Positions 41,114 to 51,798 of a stretch of 64,000 nt of DNA are shown here, piece after piece. This DNA is from Vicugna vicugna (taxonomy: Eukaryota). A model generated the notes under the pieces. The model saw only the letters and a program-made list of their open reading frames with translations, was not told the DNA's origin and made no database searches. A program made the position numbers and the translations under genes. The DNA lies in NCBI GenBank assembly GCA_013265495.1, contig MU058463.1, positions 4,052,244-4,116,243 on the forward strand, in the 5' to 3' direction. How positions within the stretch are numbered: the stretch's first letter is position 1; every line of letters begins with the position of its first letter.

Positions 41114-41188
41114 AATATCTTTAATGCTAGCCAAGGAGTCAGGGATTTGGACGTATTTTCATGGACTTCCAAAGCTTTTTTCCCCCAG
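41114..41188 (+). CDS. MYCBP2: MYCBP2 alternative cassette exon, 75 nt (NIFNASQGVRDLDVFSWTSKAFFPQ)
   Basis: long polypyrimidine tract then ctcag|AAT; consensus CAG|gtgagt donor; 25 codons, open, symmetric phase 0-0. The peptide matches a Mycbp2 isoform segment I recall. Confidence 0.85.
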
Positions 41189-42205
41189 GTGAGTTAACTG
41201 TAAGGAACAGTCATACATTATTCAGGTATTTCAGCATGTATAACAAATTTTACATTATATCTTTTGAAGCTTTTGCTTAAGATTAATATATTTTTTTAAC
41301 AAAGAAAGATCTGTACTAAGTGCTTCAGTTGAGTTTTCCCATGAAACTTTTCCCTCTGTTTCTGCCAAAGACTGTATTATTAGTTTAAATTAAGCTTTTA
41401 TGTGACTTCAAATTTGCTATATTTAATTATAGACTAGCTTCTCCAACAATGATATCCAAGTCTAGCTTTTTCAGGACTTGCTTATTTAGGGGGTATAGTT
41501 CTGACCCTGTGACTGTCCTGTTTTTTCCTAGCCTTGCACAGTGCTCTTTTGCATGTTCATCTGAAAATGGGGTGGGAATGCAGAGAGAAAAAAGTAACAT
41601 AACAGTTCATCAGTTTCATATGCTGGTGCCCATGTTGTTACATTTCTATATTTAATAAAACATGTACTTTCTGGTTGCTTAAGAGTAACAGGTACAGGTC
41701 TATGATTTTAAGTCTGTCAGTTCTTTTTATACTGTTTAGTATTTAAAAAAGACTTTGTTGTACATTTATTAATTTGTATAGTTCATATAATTTATATAGT
41801 TTCTTTAACTATTTAATAAAACATTAAATATTTTAGTATAGTTCTCTTAAATTGCCTTTCAGTGAATAACTTGGATATATTGTTAGTTTTTGCCAAGACT
41901 CATCTCTTTCTCCGTTACCCTGGTTGATCAAATTGGAAATAATGTTATACCTTAATTAAATGCCCTAGATGTATCATTAAAGACAAGTAAAATTGTTTTT
42001 TCAGTAAATCTATTAATATTTGCTTATTTTATATCATAGTTGTGATTTTTTAAAAATTAGTTGTAAGTATGACTAATTTGACTCAGCTGTGATAAACAGC
42101 ATGATGTATTTGCTAAAATTGATCATTCACAGCTATACATTTAAAAATATTTACTGAAAACCTTGTGAGTAAAATGGCACAATTTGAAATTTAGATCATA
42201 CTCTC

Positions 42206-42334
42206 TGTGGAGAGGGTATAGCTTAGTGGTAAAGCACATGCCTAGCATTCATGAGGTCCTGGGTTCAATCCCCAGTACCTCCATTAAATAAATAGATAAG
42301 CGTAACTACCTCCCCCACCAAAAAAAAAAAAAAA
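42206..42334 (+). mobile_element. Camelid Vic-1-type tRNA(Ala)-derived SINE with poly(A) tail and 14-bp TSD
   Basis: GGAGAGGGTATAGCTTAGTGGTAAAGCACATGCCTAGCATTCATGAGGTCCTGGGTTCAATCCCCAGTACCTCC (A and B boxes), then AT-rich tail and A15; TSD TAGATCATACTCTC at 42192-42205 and 42335-42348. Confidence 0.9.
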
Positions 42335-43923
42335 TAGATCATACTCTCCATTTTTAGTTTTAGTGCTTTCTTTGTATTCATATGATTGTGCACATATATA
42401 AATTTTTTAAAATATACATGTGTGGGTGTATTAAATGGATTTTATTTTAGATTGTAAATATAAATTTTTTGAGTATTTAAAATTCCCATTTCCATTACAT
42501 TGCCAATATATAACTAAGGAATAATGGATAAATCTAAGTAAAAATTGATGATTATTCATTACCAGAATGAAATTTACAAGATATTATGTGACGGTTAATA
42601 ATGAATTTGAAATTTTTCCTGACCAATCATATACTGAATTAAAGTCACAGGTGCACAGAGTTCTTGAATCTACACTTTTTTAACCTTAAGATTTTATTTT
42701 TAATTTTCTACTGTATAATGGACATGTATATGTATCTTTTAGAGTGAGACTACTTATAGGGATAGAGCTATTCAGCAATAGTTTATCTAGCATAATATTT
42801 TAGTGTTTTTTTTAAATTTTATTCTCTTTGTAACATTACTAAATATTAATTTAATTTTAACCTAATGTTTGAATGAGTATCCCACTATGGTTATCTTTTA
42901 CTGTACTTGAAGAGAGCAATTTGTAGTCTATATACTGTATTTAAAAGTGCAATTTAAGTCTGTTTTAAAGGAATAATAATGACAATGGAAGAACTTCCAG
43001 TGTGGAACTTTCATTTGCATTTAGTTGAGAAAAAAGCAAATATGGGAAGGTTGTTATTTCTCTTTAAGGCATTCACGAAGAAAGTGATTTCATCACAGCA
43101 TTCAGATTGAACAGAAACTTTAAGGCATGGTCTTTTCTTTCATTTTAGAAGTGACTCTTTTACATCCAAGTGCATTATTTGTATCTAAAACCACATCTTT
43201 AATGTTAATCTGTCTTTTCTACTAAAAGTATAATCCTCTTTTTCTGTTAATAGCATTAATATATCACTGTTAATGCCTAGCAAATCTAGCAAGACTTCTA
43301 TTTGTGCTATGTTAAGAAAGTGTGAGTTGTTAAAGTCTTACAGGTATTCTTATTTTATTCATACCTGGTAAATATTAAGATGTTGCTATATCTCATGCTC
43401 ACTTTTTCATCATTGTTACCCCTGTTTATAGTCTCCAGAGTCTTCATATCTATTTTCTCTATATATTAACAATTATTATAAACAAAAGTGGAAGGAAATG
43501 AAGATTGACTTTTTAACCAGTACCAACAGACAGCAGTGCAGTGATAATGATTCAGAATTATTCAGTTGTGGTTCACATAGTAAATTATTTTTGTTTCTCC
43601 TACTGTTAAATATTTTACTAAAAGATAAAAGTAAAATCAAGCATTATTGTATTTCTCAAATCATGGTGAACAAAAGCTAAAGGTTCAATTGCTCTCCTGC
43701 TATATTTTCTTGTCTTCATCTCTGTTTTAAATGTTATTCAGAACTGAATAACTGAAAGATTCTTTAATAGTGGTATTAACCAATACTTCAGTTATTTTTG
43801 CATACGTGTTTTTTTCCTTAATTGATGTATTATGCACTTGGTGTAAAAGTTATTAAGAAGAGGATGTTGAAAGTGATAATAGATGGTATTTTGTTTACTC
43901 TTTTTTCCTATTCAAATTTTCAG

Positions 43924-44148
43924 GAACCTAAAACTAATACTGATGACTTTTTCAAAGACATAAACTCCTGCTGCCCACAGGAAGCAACGATGCAAGAACA
44001 AGACATGCCGTTCTTGCGAGGAGGGCCGGGCATGTACAAGGTAGTGAAGACGGGACCTTCCGGTCACAACATCAGAAGCTGCCCTAACCTTAGAGGTATC
44101 CCAATTGGAATGTTAGTTCTGGGAAACAAAGTCAAAGCAGTGGGAGAG
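43924..44148 (+). CDS. MYCBP2: MYCBP2 exon (EPKTNTDDFFKDINSCCPQE…HNIRSCPNLRGIPIGMLVLGNKVKAVGE)
   Basis: ttttcag|GAA acceptor; GAG|gtatgg donor; 225 nt, phase 0-0. Confidence 0.95.
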
Positions 44149-44991
44149 GTATGGATTCTTGTAGCTTCATGACTTCTAAGATACTCATTTTTAATATAAT
44201 ACAACCAAAGCATCTCTTTCTTCCAAAGGTTACCATTCCCATCCCAGGTTTTTAATGTTAATGTTCTTTATCTTTACTTGTATTGAAAATATTAACGCAA
44301 TTTTTCTGTGCTTCTTTTCTAATAATTTTATTCTCATACTTATCCTTGTGAAGACAATATTTATATTCATGAAGTGATTTGTATTGTATATATAAATGTC
44401 TGGTATTTTCATATATCTTTTCATTATTACAAAAGTGTACTATACCGTCGTGGATTAACAGCTCTTTAAAATATTTGCTATGGATGATGCGATATGTTCA
44501 AAAGGTTTCATTTCTTTGTTCCCATTCATGTGTCTTGCTGAAGTCCTGAGCAAATAACATTACTCTTTAGTCAACTGTGGCATTTGCCTCAGCTAATGAG
44601 CTTGAAGATGTAGTGTGTCATGCTATTTCTCAATGTCAGGGTCATTTTCAACTTGCATTATAGAAACTACCAACCTAAATAATAGACAATATACTGTGTT
44701 AAGACATTTTAGGTGCCAAAAAAAGAGCCGCATGTTTTGGGGTAGTGGTTAAAATTATTCACGGATTATTCTGTGCCTTAAAAAATATTGTTTTAACTGA
44801 ACAGTGAGCAGTATTTTGCAAGACTATTTATTGATTTCTGTCTTACCTCAGGCTGTGGTCTTAATTTCAGAAACTTAATTCGATGATAGAGATTTATTGG
44901 AATAATTTAAACTTAAACTTTTTGCTGGTTTTCAGCCTGAGTGCCCTGAAAGAATCAAAGCCAATCAATCATGCTTTTTGTTATGTACTAG

Positions 44992-45124
44992 GTAACCAAT
45001 TCTGAAGGTACGTGGGTGCAGCTGGATAAGAACAGCATGGTAGAGTTCTGTGAGAGTGATGAAGGAGAGGCATGGTCCTTAGCTAGAGACAGAGGCGGAA
45101 ACCAGTACCTCCGACATGAAGATG
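44992..45124 (+). CDS. MYCBP2: MYCBP2 exon (VTNSEGTWVQLDKNSMVEFCESDEGEAWSLARDRGGNQYLRHED) with non-canonical GC donor
   Basis: tactag|GTA acceptor; GATG|gcaagt donor; 133 nt, phase 0-1; joins G+AA to give HED-EQVLL. Confidence 0.92.
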
Positions 45125-46759
45125 GCAAGTTGGCTTAAATTTGTGCTTTATTCTGATTTACCTTTGCAATGCAGAAGTTTAAAGCGTGTTGTATTTCCTT
45201 TGTTGTAAAGAGCTTTTTTGTGTGGTTGTTATTTTGAGAAAACTAAAGGTTTAAAATCTTGCAGTTGTTAAAATCCCTTTGGAAAATACATGGGTACTGA
45301 ATAAATGCACATAGAAGAAGAGAATTAAAAGGAAATGTGAAACATATGAATTGACCTCTGTAAAAACATGCTAATATGAATGTGAATGGTAATTCTTCTG
45401 TGCCAGGTCAGGACTGAACGTTTTACTCTTTCTACCACTAAATGGAAGTTCAGTTTTCAAGCTGATCATAGTACTTCTCCCAGGCAATTGCATTGGATTG
45501 AATTCTCTCTCAGGAAAGGAACATTGAGTATATACATAACTTCTTTTGGGAGTTTCTATTTTGTTGTTAGAGTTTCAGCTTTAAACTTTATTTTACCTTT
45601 TTTCAACAGTGATCTCCTTTAGTCAAATATTTTCCTTTTTGTCTTCCTCTGTTCATTCTCCTGGTGGCAAAATCTTGTTCAGATCATGTCATCACTTGGG
45701 TGAAGCTTTAACTGATCCTGACAGAGTCACACATTACCGCCATTCCAAAAGAACTATATTCACCACTAGAACAAAACTGATATTAAAGTTAATTTTTATT
45801 TCTTCATACCTAGATTATGAGCCCCTTGTGGATAGGGTCAGGCTTTTTAATCTTTGTAATCCTAGTTCTAAAACAGTTTTGGCACATACTAGTTGGTCAC
45901 TAAGTTTTGTAAATACAGATTGAATCAAAAAATATTAGTTAGGACATCAAAATAAATGGATGAGCCAAACAGACTTTTCTACTGAATCCCCAAATTTATA
46001 GGATAAGGTCAAATAATTAAAAGAACATGCTTCTTTATACAAAAGAGAATAAAGTTATAATACTCATTATCTAAGAGGTAGTATGGCCATAAGTACAAAT
46101 AGATTCAAGAAAGATTTGAAACTTATATGAATGACAGAGTACATTTTGATATATTAACATGATACATTAAACATTCTCCCTTTTTTCCTCGCAACAAGGT
46201 TTTGAGATAGTTTATATAATCTTCATTTTACAAGTAAGGAAACTAAAGCTCATTTTAATTATCTTTAAAATGACTTCCCTATTGTTACACCACTTGTTTT
46301 GTTATGCATCTGTATCGTTACACAGGGCAGATGAAAGGCTTGAGCTAGAATCTTCACATTTCAAATGCTGTGCACATTACACCGAACCACACTGCATCAG
46401 TAATCCATTGAATACAATTTGAGAACTACTTCCTCCCTTGTCCTTACAAACTTAATCAGAAATAATGTGGTCATGAAATAATGTTCTGAGATGATAGAAC
46501 TATTCTAAAGGCTTCATTTAATGTAAATCATTTTGCAAAATAACCTCATTTGCAATATACTTACTACATATACGATATATTTATGACATAGTCATAAATT
46601 CTGAAACATTTTCATTATATAGGGATATTCAGATATAAATGATAATACCTAAAATGAGATCAGCTTTATATAAGACATAATTAAATCATCTAAGAAAAGT
46701 TTAAGTGACTATCAGAGGGTCTTTCTAGCTTAGTAATCATTTTAACTGGCAATAAGCAT

Positions 46760-46960
46760 AATGTGTAAGAGTGGACTTGAGCTGGTCTGCCAGGGTACAG
46801 GTGCCAACTCTGTAACTTTTCAGTTGGATGATCTTGGCCAAATTACCTAATATCTCTGTGCCTCAGTTTCCTCCTTTACAAAATGAGGATACTTTATAAG
46901 TTCTATATGAAGCTAAAGGAACAGATAACACAGTTATCAGATGGTAAATTTAGCTATTAT
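46760..46960 (+). mobile_element. MIR SINE
   Basis: atcttggccaaattacctaatatctctgtgcctcagtttcctcctttacaaaatgagg. Confidence 0.75.
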
Positions 46961-47189
46961 TGTTAAAAAGTAAAGTGCTTTCCATAATAAGGAGTGAGTT
47001 TTAACATGGGAAATTGTATTCCCATATACTTAGAAGGTGGAAGGTTCTTTTTAGATAAAATGCTTCTTAAATTAGGATATTATTTCTGCTAAGATATATA
47101 CTCAACCCTAAAAGAGGTGTAAGAGAAGTTTGAATTTCTCTCTGTAATTACATCATGATCCTATGTGCCTGTTCGTGCATGCTGTCTCT

Positions 47190-47312
47190 GCCCCCCCTTC
47201 TCTCTCTCTCTTTACTATATGTATATATATATACACATTATATATTCACATTATCTATGTTATATATTATATATACATTGTATATATGTGATACACACAC
47301 ACACACACACAC
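47190..47312. repeat. Compound microsatellite (CT)n/(TA)n/(CA)n
   Basis: tctctctctctc…tatatatatata…cacacacacacacacaca. Confidence 0.85.
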
Positions 47313-48348
47313 AGAGTCATAATGTGAGTTTTAATATTTTAACATGAAACCTGAGGTCATAAGAAGATCACTAAGATTAGTTTGATGTGTTATCCAGATC
47401 GTCTGCTCATTGGTATTAGTATGTAACTGTATTTAATATGAAAATAAGATTTGGCACCACAGTAATTTATTCATATAAAACAGTGAAAGTAAAACAAAGC
47501 TTTCCTCTTTGTAAAAATTCTTTATAGATCTTTGATGTCTGTAGATAAAACTAGTAGACAGAGTTACTGTTATGGTCAAAACAGAGACACTTGGTCCTAG
47601 ATGGCTCTGAGTCTAGGGGGTGACAGCAGTGCTGGCTTTTCCATTCAGATTACTGTTCATGGGTGTTTTCAGAAGAAATACTCCACTGCTGAAATACCTC
47701 AGACTGAGAAGTATTGCCTAAGGGAAGTGCTGGGATTGGTTTCTTGAAAAATGTCTAGAAAGGCTGATAAAGGTGTAGACCTTACAGTACCAGAATTCTG
47801 ACCAATAGGTGGGAAGAAAGCACTCTACCACATTCTTCTAGGTCCCTTTTCAGTTTAAAGGGATATGACTTTTAAAATATATTTAAAACTTTTAACTGTT
47901 CATAATGTTATTTGAATGACATATATACTGTTTTCTCCTTTTTGCCTTTCATTTGACAGATTTTATTTTGCCTTTTGTTAGTTGGCATTAATATGACTAT
48001 TTAATTATGGTATTAGTGTTTTTAATATTATATCAGACAGAATCTAATAGCCACTTGATTGCTAATAGGGGATTAACTTAGTTTACCAATTTATATGTTG
48101 TGTTCTTGCCCTTTATAAACTGGAAAAAATAATTGCCCCCATTTCCTTTTTTTTTCCTTTCCTTCTTGAAATAAGAATTCTGATACATTCATTGACTTCA
48201 GGATGTATTAATAGTGGTGATTACATATCCAAGTTTATCATCCTTTCATTTAGGGAAAATACCCTTTATAGAATGAGTAAAACTAAGTTAAAAGTTAAAT
48301 TTTTCATAATTTTCACATTTAAAACTAAAAATATTTTACAAGTGAAAA

Positions 48349-48406
48349 TTTCTTTTGGTACCATATACTTAGACATTTTTCTTTTGGTACCTTATACTTA
48401 GACATT
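48349..48406. repeat. 29-bp tandem duplication (2 copies, 1 mismatch)
   Basis: TTTCTTTTGGTACCATATACTTAGACATT / TTTCTTTTGGTACCTTATACTTAGACATT. Confidence 0.9.
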
Positions 48407-48791
48407 TGTACAGGAAATATTTAAATTTCTCACTTATAGGGTATCCATTTTTGTTTTGTAAAATGCCCTTGTATAAGTTTGTTTTGAATATGAGTTCCTA
48501 GTCCAGAAATATTAGTGTACACTCAATGATAAATCATGCCACAGTAAAAGTAAATTAGCTGCATAAAAGCTTATCCCATTTCTAAATTTCATTGTGATTT
48601 GATAGATGAAAACAAAGATTTCTCATAGATTTTGTTAGTGTCAGTGACTTAATTGGTGGACTTACTATCAAATCTAAATGTGAGATTATTTTAAAATTTA
48701 ACCGTTATAAAAATCTTTCTTATAATTTTCTCTATTCTATCAATTGAGAATAGCACATAAACTAATTTTATAGCTGTTCCTTTTATTGTAG

Positions 48792-48914
48792 AACAAGTTC
48801 TTCTGGATCAAAATTCTCAAACTCCTCCTCCAAGCCCTTTCTCTGTACAAGCTTTTAATAAAGGGGCAAGTTGCAGTGCCCAAGGATTTGATTATGGACT
48901 TGGAAATAACAAAG
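48792..48914 (+). CDS. MYCBP2: MYCBP2 exon (EQVLLDQNSQTPPPSPFSVQAFNKGASCSAQGFDYGLGNNK)
   Basis: ttgtag|AAC acceptor; AAAG|gttggt donor; 123 nt, phase 1-1. Confidence 0.93.
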
Positions 48915-51642
48915 GTTGGTGTTTACAGTGAGTCTTTTACTTACGTAACTGTAATATTTTTATTACCTCCTCTTCTATCCATTTGTATTACTGTTCCCCC
49001 CAAAACTGTGTTAAAGTTTGTTCCTGGAAACTAACAATCAAAATGTTTATGAAGGTGTTCTTTTTACAGTATTGTTTTTATCTGGTTTAGCTTATGTTTA
49101 TAGTTCTTGCTTACTTGTTTCTATTTTATAGACAGTCATTTTGAATTCACATCATAAATATTTTGTGTCACTGTATCTAGTAAAAAGAACTTTTTTATCA
49201 CCCTTAGTAAGAGTAAGATTTATGAGCAAAAGAACTTTCCAAAATGATCCGTTTAAAATCAAATACTTTAAGTAATACTTTTAAGTAATATTGCATATCA
49301 GCTTTATTAAATATATGTGGTTTTGAAGGTCTAATTAAGTTATCTTAGTTGATTTAGAATTACATGAAATGATGTCTTTGGATTTGGTATGTATAATGAA
49401 ACGAAAAAATTGTGAAAAGGAAAACATAACCCCTAAGCCATATGGATATAAAATGTATATAACTGCCTTTGGTTGCGTTAGTGGAAGAGACCAGCATCAG
49501 GACAGTCCAAACAGTAATTATTTTGAAATAATTTGTGCCTGAATTTCATTTAAAATTCCATTTGTATATAAATTCGGACATGTTCCTATTCTTTCATATG
49601 AACCTGATCCTGACTGAAAATCAGCAATATTGTCAGCAGGTAGTGCACAGCTGGGCAGCGGGTAGGAAGGAGAAGATAGCCTATGTGGAAATAATTTTAC
49701 TTTAAAATGTTATTTAAACTAATTCATAGGATTCAATTTCAAGAAACAAATACACTGTGACAATACCTGACTTGCAGAACTAGTGAAATAATGAAATAGT
49801 CAGCAAAATACATAATTACATCCGTGTAGATGAAATACTCACTTTAAAATAAAACCACTTTCTGTTTGATATCTTCATTACTTTCCACAACGTATTTTTA
49901 CAAAGGACGCCTAACTGTGGGATTTGTTTTTGGCTTTTCCTCCTGTATTGGGTCGGTCTATCCTGCAGGCTTGGCTACTGTCTGTTCGCTCATTTCAGGT
50001 AGCTCAGATTTCAACTAACTTAAGCTAGATCTTCATACGTAAGTAGGGTAAATGCTTTGTAATGTTTTCTTCAGTCCCTTTCTCTCTACCACTGCTAGTC
50101 CTTAAATTAAAATCTCAGTGTTTACTTTACCACTACTATTCTTGTACAATAATCTGTTTTAAAGCCATGTTTAGCTCAAATTGTATGCTTTCAGTCTCTA
50201 AAATGTCTAAATTGTATTGGTGGCCATCATCATAAATCAGTCTTTAAAATATGATTTATTAAAACATCATAAGTATAAAAAAGTCAACTTTTAAGAGACA
50301 CAAACATTGCTGAGAACAGTTGTTATTAAATAGAAATTAAAACTTAATACTTTTTAAAAGTGTAATTTTGCTAATATTATTCAAAAATAGCATGTACTTG
50401 TTAATAAGCTTTTAAAATATTTAGATGGAGCAAAGGAGCAAAGAAATATTAAGACACTTTAATCTGATTAAATATAACCTTTATTTATTATCTTACCTTT
50501 AATAGTAGTTCTCATTTTCTTTAACTCTTTATACTATCAAGATCAAGCTATTGTTTTTTCTAAAAGTTCTTTTTCTTTAAAACAATTTTGTAAAGTTCTT
50601 CATTATCTCTAAAGCCCTTCCAATAATCTAGAGTGTTAATTTTTTTTAAAGTAAAGATGTGTTACTTATGTATACAGTTCTTTCCATAGTAATCTATTTT
50701 TTGTTGTTCTTCATTTAACATTTTATTTATGAAACTTTATTATATTTAGGGAATATGGCTGGAAAAGTACTGTTTTCCAGTTTCTGCATCAACTAGTCTG
50801 CATGTGTTTTTTTTTCCCCCTCTTCTTCAGCATCATTTAAACTATTTAATATATATTCTCTAAATTAGGAGCTATCATCCATACAATTATATCATTTCAT
50901 ATTTTAAAACGTATTTTTCTGTTAATGGCCTCTGTATTTAATTTTAAGGAAAAAGTCAGAGTTCATGTTTGAGATACTATTCAAGTAAGGTAGCTCATAT
51001 TCCTTTTTATCTTATAGGTCTTATATATATATATGTATTATATATGTATATATTGTCTATCCAAGCAAAAGAGTTCATGCTTTTAAAAATACATAGTATC
51101 TTTGGCAATAGCAACTTAAAAATAAAATGCTCATTTATAACTATAATATAAATGTATTACTAAGTTAATAACATATACTTTGCCTCCCTTCAGTCCTGCA
51201 TTTAAAAAAAACTATCATATTATTTGTGTATTTTCTGCATGAAGTGTACTGCATACGAGACAGCCGTACCAGTCAGGCACTGCATAGAAGGTGTCATTTA
51301 CTTAAATCTTCATTTATACTTGTGTGATATCTAGTCAACTTTATAGGTTCTTCATAGACTCTATATTCTCTCAGGCTGCTGCTAAATGTTAAATATAAAT
51401 GGATTTGTTTTTATAGGTGGGCTGTTATATAAAATTTGTTGGGGTGCTTTCATTATTAAAACAACATACAACATTTGGTCCCTGACTTGAGGATGACAAT
51501 CACCGACTTCCACACAGTTCTGAATTGGCATTGTTTTACTTAGTGTTTGACTTTATCTGAATGTTGTAAAGCACCATTTACTTTGCCATTTTGGGTGTTA
51601 ATTAATAACAAGTTGTAGTTTTGACTGTTTTGCCCACTGCAG

Positions 51643-51798
51643 GTGACCAACTGAGTGCCATATTGAATTCCATTCAGTCACGGCCCAATCTCCCAGCTCC
51701 TTCCATCTTTGATCAAGCCGCAAAACCTCCCTCTTCCCTAGTCCACAGCCCATTTGTGTTCGGACAGCCCCTTTCCTTCCAGCAGCCTCAGCTTCAGA
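51643..51798 (+). CDS. MYCBP2: MYCBP2 alternative cassette exon, 156 nt (GDQLSAILNSIQSRPNLPAPSIFDQAAKPPSSLVHSPFVFGQPLSFQQPQLQ)
   Basis: ctgcag|GTG acceptor; CAGA|gtaagt donor; 52 codons, symmetric phase 1-1, open frame; Pro/Ser/Gln-rich. Confidence 0.88.

Noticed and set aside
42209..42282. tRNA-Ala-like gene
   Set aside because: Followed by an AT-rich tail and poly(A), flanked by a 14-bp TSD, with a degenerate cloverleaf: a SINE head, not a tRNA gene
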